Program-made: the position numbers and the translations under genes | The notes under the pieces: generated by a model | What the model saw: only the letters and a program-made list of their open reading frames with translations | The model's database searches: none | Told to the model about the DNA's origin: nothing | DNA from: Smithellaceae bacterium | GTDB lineage: Bacteria > Desulfobacterota > Syntrophia > Syntrophales > Smithellaceae | Reading direction: 5' to 3' | DNA: 64,000 nucleotides | Assembly (NCBI GenBank): GCA_963667845.2 | Contig: CAXXVL010000002.1 | Coordinates: forward strand, 1,344,001-1,408,000 | In this document: positions 8,874 to 18,037 of the stretch, piece after piece | Position numbering within the stretch: the first letter of the stretch is position 1 | Layout of the letters: each line of letters begins with the position of its first letter

Positions 8874-10651
8874 GCGGTTATTCAACGACAGATTTTCAGG
8901 AGTTTATTGATATACCAATCAGTTCGTTTCCGGAAATTCAACGATCCAAGAAGTCAGGAATAGAGAAGCCCTCGGCCGCCATTGCCGGGAATGCGGACAA
9001 CCAAAAAAGACAGGAATCGATCTATGACGAGGAGGGTACTATTTCTGAAAACCGATCTTGCGACCTGAATCGGCGAACAGAAAAACTCGAGCCAAAGCGG
9101 GATGATATCCTTCCGGAAGTCCTCCTATTCAAGAACGGTACCGGTGTAACAATCGTTGAAACAGCAGAAAACTTCGGCAAATTATACGAAGAAAAAGAAG
9201 TGCTTTTCCGCAGGATATCGGCCGATGGCCATGAGCCGCAAGTTCAGACTGTAGCCAACGACAGAAGCCTAAGGATGTTGTCGGCAGCGCTGGCCTGCTC
9301 TGAATTTGAGAAAGTTGCCCGAATTACAACTTATAAAAATTATAAGACTGTCCATGCGGTCTTAACAGAAAATGACACAAAACGAATTTTATGTTGCCCA
9401 AATTTCATGAATAGGCTCCCGCCACTTCGAATGTTTGCAAAATGCCCTGTCATAATTGAGGCCGCAAACGGCGGTACCAGAATCATCAATACTTATGACC
9501 GGCGCACCGGAATATTTGCGATGGGCGAACGGCCGGCGGAAGTGGATGCTAATGAGGCAATTGAAATCATACTGTCGAGCATCGATGAATTTCATTTCAA
9601 ATCACCCGCAGATAAATCTCGCGCTTTAGCGAGTATTATCACGCCTGCCATTATTATGGGTGGAATTGCAAATTTTCGATCGCCCATCGATTTGTCCGAA
9701 GCGGACGACAGTCAGGCAGGAAAGGGATTTAGAACCAGAATAAACGCCGCCTATTATAATGAGACGCCGTATCCCATCAATCAGCATCGTGGTGGTGTGG
9801 GCGGCATGGGAGAAAGTTTCAACCAGGCATTGATTGAAGCAAGGATCTTCATCAATCTCGATAACCTTAAGCCGGTCAAAGGAGGCGTGTTTGATTCCGA
9901 GCCACTTTGCTCTTTTATGACGGAGGATAATTATTATGCTAGGATGCTTCGAAAGGGAATGTTCATCAATCCACGGCTGCATATCATTCAAATGACGACG
10001 AACGGTTGCACGCTGTCAAAAGACTTGATGAACCGTACCTCCCCGGTTGCTATATTGAAACGGAACGGGCACAGCTATAAAGAATTTCCAGAAGGCAGCA
10101 TCCTTGATCATGTCCGGCATAACCAATCAAAGTTTCTTGGCGCTGTCTTTTCGATCATAAGACCATGGGTCCTTGAGGGAAAGCCGAAAACATCGACTAC
10201 AGCACATGAAAGCTCATTTACGCCATGGGCCCAAAGTCTGGACTGGATTGTCCAAAATATCATGGGGCAGGCACCGCTTCTAGATGGATATGAACAAGTG
10301 CACAGTCGCATAACGTCACCGTATTTACAAAAATTACGAGACATCGCCCTGGCCGTTATCAAGGCCGGACGAGGAGAATGGATAACGGCGTCAGATATAA
10401 TTGAAACCGTTGGTCTTCACGGGATTGCGTTGCCAGGTGTTAAGCCCGGGTATGACTTTGAAGCGATGACAATGGATGAGAAGGAAAATGCGAGGAGGCA
10501 ACTGGGAAAGTCTTTTAAAAATGCGTTTGATAGTTACGGCAGCAGTGATGTTCTGATCCTCGACGGAATAAGAATTGCGCGGAAAGAAGAAACCAAAACG
10601 TATGTTGACAACACAACCAGGGATCTAAAATATTATAACTTTTCAGGCTAA
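8870..10651 (+). CDS. Replication helicase-like P-loop protein of phage/ICE type
   Basis: Walker A-like SQAGKG, LDN Walker B-like, MTTN motif, DLMNR; ATGA overlap with the primase-like gene. Confidence 0.6.
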   Translation: MSGYSTTDFQEFIDIPISSFPEIQRSKKSGIEKPSAAIAGNADNQKRQESIYDEEGTISENRSCDLNRRTEKLEPKRDDILPEVLLFKNGTGVTIVETAENFGKLYEEKEVLFRRISADGHEPQVQTVANDRSLRMLSAALACSEFEKVARITTYKNYKTVHAVLTENDTKRILCCPNFMNRLPPLRMFAKCPVIIEAANGGTRIINTYDRRTGIFAMGERPAEVDANEAIEIILSSIDEFHFKSPADKSRALASIITPAIIMGGIANFRSPIDLSEADDSQAGKGFRTRINAAYYNETPYPINQHRGGVGGMGESFNQALIEARIFINLDNLKPVKGGVFDSEPLCSFMTEDNYYARMLRKGMFINPRLHIIQMTTNGCTLSKDLMNRTSPVAILKRNGHSYKEFPEGSILDHVRHNQSKFLGAVFSIIRPWVLEGKPKTSTTAHESSFTPWAQSLDWIVQNIMGQAPLLDGYEQVHSRITSPYLQKLRDIALAVIKAGRGEWITASDIIETVGLHGIALPGVKPGYDFEAMTMDEKENARRQLGKSFKNAFDSYGSSDVLILDGIRIARKEETKTYVDNTTRDLKYYNFSG

Positions 10652-10757
10652 GAACAATTTCTACCATTCGGTAAGAAGAACATAATTTCCATAAACGGGG
10701 ATCTGAGATATAAAGGATACCGCTGATTTAAAGAAAATTTCATCTGAATACAAAAAC

Positions 10758-10785
10758 AGCTCTGACAGAGCATGTTGTCAGAGCT
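10758..10785. terminator. Hairpin between convergent genes
   Basis: AGCTCTGACA...TGTCAGAGCT stem. Confidence 0.45.
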
Positions 10786-10809
10786 ATCCAATTCAATAGC
10801 TTTTTTTAT

Positions 10810-11013
10810 TTAGTCATGTAATTTACTGGCCGTTCGTATTAGCGATGAAATACTATTGACGGTGATATAATGCGAATGCGACTTTTTATCTTTATATTTC
10901 TTACTCCCCTTACCACAAGTAACCTTAGCTATCCATTGATCTAATTGATTACTTGGTTGACCTACTATTTCAGTCCTGCAAGCATCTTTGTCTTTATCAT
11001 ATATTTTATTCAT
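10810..11013 (-). CDS. Small hypothetical protein (67 aa)
   Basis: Starts 16 bp after the upstream stop, with a GGGAG SD. Confidence 0.4.
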   Translation of the reverse strand: MNKIYDKDKDACRTEIVGQPSNQLDQWIAKVTCGKGSKKYKDKKSHSHYITVNSISSLIRTASKLHD

Positions 11014-11029
11014 TTGTTTTTCTCCCGCT

Positions 11030-11995
11030 CTAGGCTTCCTTACTACTAATTTGTTTTTTTAGTTGATTAAGAAAAACATAAAGCAAATCTGCAAACGACA
11101 AACCTAATTCCGGACCATATCTATGATTAAATACTTTTGTACTGTTACAGTATATACACAAAAAACCCCAAAAATCCCACCCATTACCATTCGTGCTTTT
11201 GCCGCTATTTGAGCCAGATACTGGTGGTTCTGCATCGCCGATAAATCTAATCGGCAGAATAAGACAACTTCTGAAATTAAGGGGCCACCGAGTGACAAAC
11301 GAGAAGAGACCTAAGAACGTCACCAATTCTGGTTCTCCCACGTCTTTAATTTTAAAATAAGAATGTTGATATTTACGCGCTTTCCATTCTTTCCTTACGT
11401 TATTACACAGGTAATATCTACTACATCCATTAATAGAATACCACAAATTTTTAAAGTCAGTATTGTCGTCTATATAGTGTTTAAAGTTATCTCTCTTTGA
11501 CATTCTGTCAATAACATCATCTGCCAGAAAATCTTTATTAACAGATACAACTTCAAAGCTACCATTATTCGTCGGTCTCATTTCTTCTAGAACGCATGTG
11601 CATGTCTTCCCGGTTAGAATTGAAAAGCTAGTTGCGATAGCAAATAAAATTTCCTGAATTCTGTTATCAATATCTTGAGGTTTATTATTTTGAATATACG
11701 CTAATGTGTCTCGAATGAGGTGATTGACAAAATGAACGAAATAAACAGTTTCTGCATAACGATGTAATTTCAGTCTCTCTCTTATGTATATATACCCTAT
11801 TAACAATAGCACGATAATACATAGAAATATTTCAAATACATATTCTGAAAAAATTTTACCTTCTCTGCCAAAGACGAAACCAAGGAATATGGCGAGGAGC
11901 GATGCAGTTGTACCGATTATCGTGTATATTTTTAAGACGTTTAGGCTTTTAATTTTAGGTAACTGATCTTTATACAGCGCAATTTTTGCTGACAT
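11030..11995 (-). CDS. Two-TM membrane protein with C-terminal GAF-like domain
   Basis: Two hydrophobic helices within aa ~22-71; SCLILPI...WGFLCI...F...ADLLY GAF-type C-terminal pattern; AT-rich. Confidence 0.6.
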   Translation of the reverse strand: MSAKIALYKDQLPKIKSLNVLKIYTIIGTTASLLAIFLGFVFGREGKIFSEYVFEIFLCIIVLLLIGYIYIRERLKLHRYAETVYFVHFVNHLIRDTLAYIQNNKPQDIDNRIQEILFAIATSFSILTGKTCTCVLEEMRPTNNGSFEVVSVNKDFLADDVIDRMSKRDNFKHYIDDNTDFKNLWYSINGCSRYYLCNNVRKEWKARKYQHSYFKIKDVGEPELVTFLGLFSFVTRWPLNFRSCLILPIRFIGDAEPPVSGSNSGKSTNGNGWDFWGFLCIYCNSTKVFNHRYGPELGLSFADLLYVFLNQLKKQISSKEA

Positions 11996-12613
11996 TAATA
12001 CGTTTACCTTATTCGATTATCAAATTAAGTGCGCTGTGTATTATTATATTTTATTTTATTTATCAACGAATTTATTGATTGTTTTTCAAACTTCTTCCAT
12101 TTTAAACTTTTAATGAATTGATCTCCCCTCGACCTTGTAACTGGAATTTCAGGCGGTGATTCGATTCAAATATTGATACCGGAACAGACCAACTCAAAGT
12201 CAGGCTATACGGCATCGATGCCCAGGAAACGCCAACGATGATCGGTCAGAGCCGCCGAGTCAATAAACCGGGGCACTGCCCCTATGGCGAAGAATCTTGG
12301 AAGGCTCCGGAGCGCAAAGTAAGTGTGAGGAATAAATATAGATGATTGCATGATTGATTTCTTATTACTTGATTGTGGCGGTGTGTCAGGAGAAGAACGG
12401 GGAGAAGGCTTTAAGATAATCGCTGTAGTAAGTGACCTTGATGGCGACAATTTCATTCAAACAGCTGTCGACCTGATTCATGAGCGTAGTTATATTGCGG
12501 TAATAAGTTCTGAACGCTACTTTTGGAATGCTCTGAGAAGAAGTGCTGGGATCAAAGTCGATAACGCATTTCTAATGCATGAACTATGTCCATTTTGGAT
12601 GGACAGAATATTC

Positions 12614-12642
12614 TTGACACAGAAGTCTGCACTTCCTATACT
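12614..12642 (+). promoter_or_regulatory. Sigma70 promoter of the ATPase-protease pair
   Basis: TTGACA-17 bp-TATACT. Confidence 0.7.
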
Positions 12643-12748
12643 GCACATAACTTGTAACTAAAAGACAGTTCTTGTCGAATTTAATAACTTCTGTGCCCAA
12701 GATTCACGAGTGGCGACGTAAACCATTATTCAATCGGAGGAGGAAACG

Positions 12749-13720
12749 ATGGCCACTGCGGAACAAATAAAATCTCTGATACGCTCTCACCTTAACGATG
12801 ATCCTGAGCGATTCTATTCAATCGCCCTTCAATTGGCAGCTCACGAAGCCAAGCAGGGGCATATCGCACTAGCGCACGATATTCGCGATATTGTCGAAAA
12901 GGCACGTAGGGCCAAAGGAGCGGTAGTCCTTCGGTTCCCTAGGGACATGCTGGGCCTAGTGATATCGGAAAATCCGGAAGTTTCCATGTCAGCCCTCGTT
13001 ATTCCCATGGTTCTTGAAGAGCGTATCGCAAGAATCATCCATGAATACCGTCAACAGAACAAACTCAAATCTCACGGACTGACCCATCGACGCAAAATAT
13101 TGCTCATTGGGCCTCCCGGCACCGGAAAAACCATGACTGCCAAAGTGTTGGCACATGAGCTCAATTTGCCATTGCATACAATTCAGGTTGATCGCTTGGT
13201 GACCAAATTCATGGGAGAAACCAGCGCCAAGCTCCGCCAGATATTCGACCTCATTCAAAATGAAGTAGGTGTGTATCTTTTTGACGAATTCGATGCCATT
13301 GGCGGAGAGCGTTTATTAGAAAACGATGTGGGGGAAATGCGCCGTGTATTGAATGCATTCCTGCAATTTATCGAGCAGGATTCATCCGACAGTGTTGTGG
13401 TCGCGGCAACTAATAGTCCGAAGCTGCTGGATCGTGCGCTTTTCCGCAGATTCGATGATGTTCTATACTACGGGCAACCGTCTGACGAAGAGCGCAAACG
13501 TCTGATTGAGAATATCTTGGGCTCCTATTTGGCGACTTGTATTGAATGGAAACAGGTGATTTCAGACAGTAGTGGTTTAAGCCACGCAGAAATCGATCAA
13601 GCCTGTCGCGATGCCATCAAGAAAGCGATACTATCTGAAAAAACCAAGGTGAAAGTGAATGAACTGTGTTCTGCGCTGAATGAACGATCAGATGCGCACA
13701 GAGGAATTGGGGGGCGATAA
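12749..13720 (+). CDS. ietA: AAA+ ATPase, IetA-like
   Basis: GPPGTGKT, LFDEFD, AATN, LDRALFRRFD; paired with an S8 protease. Confidence 0.82.
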   Translation: MATAEQIKSLIRSHLNDDPERFYSIALQLAAHEAKQGHIALAHDIRDIVEKARRAKGAVVLRFPRDMLGLVISENPEVSMSALVIPMVLEERIARIIHEYRQQNKLKSHGLTHRRKILLIGPPGTGKTMTAKVLAHELNLPLHTIQVDRLVTKFMGETSAKLRQIFDLIQNEVGVYLFDEFDAIGGERLLENDVGEMRRVLNAFLQFIEQDSSDSVVVAATNSPKLLDRALFRRFDDVLYYGQPSDEERKRLIENILGSYLATCIEWKQVISDSSGLSHAEIDQACRDAIKKAILSEKTKVKVNELCSALNERSDAHRGIGGR

Positions 13721-13723
13721 TAA

Positions 13724-16243
13724 GTGGCGGACTTTCGGCTCCCACACATCCTCATTCGAGAACAACCGGAAAACAGTGACTTCACCAGCACCCGATCCAT
13801 TGGTGGACAAAAACAAATTCCTGAGCGTCCTCGTGACATTCACAGTGCTTACTTGAAAAGCAGACTTCAGCAGGCTTGGCTGGATGCTAAAAACGAGCGC
13901 GCCGTGACCCATGTCGAACGTAACGGTGTTTACATCGAATTCAAAAGCGATCCCGGCGCTGATCTGATTATAAAAAGCCTCGAAGAGATGAAATCCAAGA
14001 AGATTCGCCTGCTCAATGTTCGCACAGAGAAGGAGACGGTTACCAATGAAATTACCAATGAGCCGGAAGAAGTGGTTACTACCTTTGCAACAGTTTTTGT
14101 CGCTAACGAAAAAGAAGATTACTTTTTAAGGAAAATCGAGGAATATGCGGAAAGGGACACCCCCAAAGGATTACCGAAAAATGCTGATCTGATTAACAGC
14201 ATCGCGGATATCAAAAAAGCATTAGCGATTGATTCATTCTGGCAAGATGACAGATCGTTGATTCCTGACGACAGCCCCCAATGGTGCGAGATTTGGCTGA
14301 GTAACGATACGAATGAGACCGTAGTCCGCTTTGACGAACTCCTAAACAGTTTACAACTTCAATCAAAGACAGGTGTTATCCGATTTCCGGAACGTACCGT
14401 TAAGGTCGTCTTTGCAAGTAGAGACCAGTTGGCGCAGCTTTCCCTTTCATCTGATGACATCGCCGAATATCGCTTAGCTAAAAGCACCGCCGAGTTCTGG
14501 ACAAGTTTGCGGAACAAAGGTCAGGTCGATTGGGTGAAAGACCTGGTTAACCGCACTCAATATGAGCAAATATCCGACGTCTCAGTGTGTATCTTGGATA
14601 CCGGCGTGAACAATGGGCATCCCCTCCTTTCGCCAATCCTAAACGATGACGACTGCCAGTCGGTGGATCCGGCTTGGGGAACCCACGACCACGACAAACA
14701 CGGTACGTTGATGGCGGGAGCTGCCGTCTATGGCGACCTCGTCACAGCACTATCGAGTAGCGGGCCTATCAACGTAAAACACTGTCTTGAATCGGTCAAG
14801 ATTCTTCCGCCGAATAGGTCCAGTCCTACCGACCTATGGGGATATATAACATCGCAAGCCATCAGCCTTGCCGAGATCCAAGCACCCGCAAGAAAGCGAA
14901 TCCATTGCATGGCCGTGGCTGCTATGGATACACGCGACCGTGGGCGCCCGAGCTCCTGGTCAGGGCAACTAGATCAGATCACGGCCGGGACCGATGATGA
15001 TACCAGAAGACTTCTGATCGTAAGTGCCGGCAACTCAGACCCGGCAAGGCGAGCACAATATCCGGATTCTCAGATCGCGGACTCGATCCATGATCCGGGT
15101 CAATCCTGGAATGCGCTGACGGTTGGTGCATATACAGATCTGGACACAATTCTGGAACCAACGCTTCTAGGTTACATGCCAGTTGCTCCCAAGAGTGGGC
15201 TCTCTCCTTTTTCAACGACATCCTTCTGCTGGGAAGATAACAAGTGGCCGATCAAGCCGGAAATTGTTCTGGAAGGTGGCAATTTGGCGCGTGATGGCAG
15301 TGGCTTTGTGACTGAGTGTGACGATTTATCGCTCCTTTCAACCTTCTATGATCCGCAGACAAGCCATTTTTACCCATTTAACATGACCAGCGCCGCCGCT
15401 GCACAGGCATCCTGGATGGCTGCCCATATTCAAACGCAATATCCGAATTTCTGGCCGGAAACAATTCGTGCATTGCTGGTGCATTCCGCCAATTGGCCGG
15501 ATGGCCTTTGGCAACAGCTCAGTGGCGATGGGTCGAAAACCGCGATCAAGAGAATGATGAGCATATGTGGTTACGGCGTGCCGAACCTGGAGCGGGCACT
15601 ATTCAGTGCATCGAATTCCTTGACCCTTATCGCGCAGGCTGAGCTTCAGCCCTTTGACAAAAAAATAGATGAGGCGGGCAACGCGAAATCGGGATACCGA
15701 ACCAAGGATATGCACCTTTATGAGTTGCCGTGGCCCAAAGAGGTGCTGCGCAGCTTGCCGGATGGTACGGAAGTGGAGATGAAAGTTACGCTATCTTATT
15801 TCATCGAGCCCGGTCCCGGTGAGATTGGGTGGCAGGACCGATATCGCTATGCGTCCCATGCACTGCGCTTCGAGTTGAAATCTCCCACTGAGACAAAAGA
15901 ACAGTTTGTAAAGCGCATCAATAAAGCGGCCAGGGAAGAGGAAGAAGGGCATCCCGGCACACAAAGCCCTTCCGACCACTGGAAGATCGGCCAGGCTCGC
16001 GACCGAGGCTCTATCCATTCAGACATCTGGCAAGGTACAGCCCAACAGCTTGCGGACTCTAATATTATTGCAGTTTCACCTCGTATTGGCTGGTGGAGGG
16101 AGCGCGCCTATCTTGGCAGGTGGAATCGCCAAGCACGGTATTCTCTGGTTGTGTCAATCACAACTCCAGAAGAGCGCATCGACGTGTACACGCCGGTCGC
16201 CATTCAGGTCGGTATAGCTGTGCCGATCGAAATAACGACTTAA
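13724..16243 (+). CDS. ietS: S8 subtilisin-like protease, IetS-like (Y4bN-type)
   Basis: ILDTG, HGTLMAG, SAGN, MTSAAA catalytic motifs; no signal peptide; 3 bp after the AAA gene. Confidence 0.82.
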   Translation: MADFRLPHILIREQPENSDFTSTRSIGGQKQIPERPRDIHSAYLKSRLQQAWLDAKNERAVTHVERNGVYIEFKSDPGADLIIKSLEEMKSKKIRLLNVRTEKETVTNEITNEPEEVVTTFATVFVANEKEDYFLRKIEEYAERDTPKGLPKNADLINSIADIKKALAIDSFWQDDRSLIPDDSPQWCEIWLSNDTNETVVRFDELLNSLQLQSKTGVIRFPERTVKVVFASRDQLAQLSLSSDDIAEYRLAKSTAEFWTSLRNKGQVDWVKDLVNRTQYEQISDVSVCILDTGVNNGHPLLSPILNDDDCQSVDPAWGTHDHDKHGTLMAGAAVYGDLVTALSSSGPINVKHCLESVKILPPNRSSPTDLWGYITSQAISLAEIQAPARKRIHCMAVAAMDTRDRGRPSSWSGQLDQITAGTDDDTRRLLIVSAGNSDPARRAQYPDSQIADSIHDPGQSWNALTVGAYTDLDTILEPTLLGYMPVAPKSGLSPFSTTSFCWEDNKWPIKPEIVLEGGNLARDGSGFVTECDDLSLLSTFYDPQTSHFYPFNMTSAAAAQASWMAAHIQTQYPNFWPETIRALLVHSANWPDGLWQQLSGDGSKTAIKRMMSICGYGVPNLERALFSASNSLTLIAQAELQPFDKKIDEAGNAKSGYRTKDMHLYELPWPKEVLRSLPDGTEVEMKVTLSYFIEPGPGEIGWQDRYRYASHALRFELKSPTETKEQFVKRINKAAREEEEGHPGTQSPSDHWKIGQARDRGSIHSDIWQGTAQQLADSNIIAVSPRIGWWRERAYLGRWNRQARYSLVVSITTPEERIDVYTPVAIQVGIAVPIEITT

Positions 16244-16520
16244 ATGGGCGGGTGACGTTGACTACGGAGCAGGTCTCGTATTGAAGGCAATATCAATACC
16301 GTATACCACATAGGTTAAGCGGTAATCATTATAATCATAAGCCGATAATTATTGATGAGTCGGGTGATGTGAACTCCCCTGGCGGCGCTAATCATACCTT
16401 TTTTGCCCCTTGTAGATTCTGTGGAGAGCAAACATTACATGGAAGAATGACTATCAAGATGAACGCTTGCTTTTATTTTTCTTGAAGACGATCATTATTA
16501 GATTATGGGATCAAATGTTT

Positions 16521-16931
16521 TTACGAGCGTTCAACATCTTCTTTTTTTTGATCCGTATTAATAGAACGAAACGCATCTCCTTTTTGTGATCGGTTATGAA
16601 CGGTTGTTATTATCAGATCCGTCAAACGTTCTTTACTCTTCCATTTTAAAGCCAGCCGGGATCTATCCATTCCATGTTCTGCAATAATGTCCTTCAACTC
16701 ATTGATTGATAATTCACTAAGGCGCGCCTTAAGGGCATCAGGCTGATCACTGTAAACGAGCATTGGATCAAATGGCCCTGGTTTTCTTCGGTGCGTACGT
16801 ATTGGTTTCTCAGAATCAAAATCAGTTTCCTTTTTAATACATCCGATTATACGATCTCGAAAAGCACCGTTAGTTTCCATTTCTCTGAGCATTTCTTGAA
16901 AAATGTTCTTAAGGATTCTCTCTATCTTCAT
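16521..16931 (-). CDS. Uncharacterised ParA-associated protein with C-terminal HeH/SAP-like segment
   Basis: TAATG overlap with the ParA stop; LSELSINELKDIIAEHGM...KSKERLTDLI helix-extension-helix pattern. Confidence 0.65.
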   Translation of the reverse strand: MKIERILKNIFQEMLREMETNGAFRDRIIGCIKKETDFDSEKPIRTHRRKPGPFDPMLVYSDQPDALKARLSELSINELKDIIAEHGMDRSRLALKWKSKERLTDLIITTVHNRSQKGDAFRSINTDQKKEDVERS

Positions 16932-17962
16932 TATCCTGCAACCTCCATAATCTCTTTAGCAAGATTATAAAATAGATCATATCTTCCGCCGTAGCCATAT
17001 TTCTGCCGCAAAGTATTAACCGGTTCATATTCTGCTGCCGCACCGATGGCATCAGCTTGAGGAATTACTGTTCCAAATATTTCTGGATACTTTGCTCTAT
17101 CCTCTCGAAGGTGTCTTAAAGTCCGTCCGTGTAAGGGCGATACGGCCTGATACTTTGTTACAATAATCCCATATGGATATATGGGCTCACCTATCGTTTT
17201 TGCAAAAGAATCTATCCTCGTGATAATTTGGGGTATTCCGTAAGTAGATAAAACATCAGGAATAGTGGGAATAATGTATCCATTTGAGATTCGCAAACCA
17301 TTTAATGTTATCAAACCTAAATTTGGAGGGCAGTCAATTAAAACATAATCGTATTCTTCGAGAATTGGTTTAACCGCCCTCCGTAAAACCTCTGTTGGAT
17401 TGTTTGCATAAAAACGACCACTGGGCATGGTCCCAAGTTGATCTTGAATATCGATAAGGTCAATACTGGATGGAATAAGATCCAGCGTTCTTACGTCACG
17501 TACATTAGAGACGCCTTTTTGTAAAGTTTTCTCCAATATAAAATTATTTGTTTCGTTTATTGCATCTTTAAACAATGTGGCAAGCGTAAAACCTCTTTTA
17601 TTAAGAATATCCCATTTTTCTTCACCAATAAGCATCGTGGTTGCATTAGTCTGTGGATCGAGGTCAATTATCAAAACACGCTTACGAAAAGCCTCGGAAA
17701 GCATTTCACCAATAGCTACTGTCGTTGTTGTTTTTGCCACACCGCCTTTTAAATTGATTGTCGAAATTACGGTACTCATGTTACTCCTCCTTTTCTTCAG
17801 CCATTTGCGAATTTGGTCAACATTAAATGCCGGGCCAGATTTCAAATCTAAGACAGGCTTCGGGAAATCAGCATGCCTTGAACGCCAATTTACAACAGCG
17901 GCCGGCGTAACTCTTGCCATCTGAGCAATTTCATAAATTCCTACTATATCTTGATTTTCCAT
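16931..17962 (-). CDS. ParA/Soj-family ATPase with N-terminal Xis/AlpA-like HTH
   Basis: KGGVAKTT deviant Walker A, IDLDPQ, IDCPP; N-terminal EIAQMARVTPAAVVNWRSRHADFPKP HTH. Confidence 0.88.
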   Translation of the reverse strand: MENQDIVGIYEIAQMARVTPAAVVNWRSRHADFPKPVLDLKSGPAFNVDQIRKWLKKRRSNMSTVISTINLKGGVAKTTTTVAIGEMLSEAFRKRVLIIDLDPQTNATTMLIGEEKWDILNKRGFTLATLFKDAINETNNFILEKTLQKGVSNVRDVRTLDLIPSSIDLIDIQDQLGTMPSGRFYANNPTEVLRRAVKPILEEYDYVLIDCPPNLGLITLNGLRISNGYIIPTIPDVLSTYGIPQIITRIDSFAKTIGEPIYPYGIIVTKYQAVSPLHGRTLRHLREDRAKYPEIFGTVIPQADAIGAAAEYEPVNTLRQKYGYGGRYDLFYNLAKEIMEVAG

Positions 17963-17975
17963 GATCCTCCTCAGC

Positions 17976-18037
17976 GTTTACACTGCTTTCACCGTGTATT
18001 TAGTAAACATTGTGAACTTTATTCACATTATTGTCAA
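17976..18037 (-). promoter_or_regulatory. Promoter of the ParA operon overlapped by a periodic operator array
   Basis: Minus-strand TTGACA (18032-18037)-17 bp-CACAAT; GTnnAC-like hexamers in 9-bp phase. Confidence 0.55.

Noticed and set aside
12205..12661. ORFs 12205-12456 (-) and 12350-12661 (+)
   Set aside because: No recognisable motifs or RBS; the second overlaps the ietA promoter
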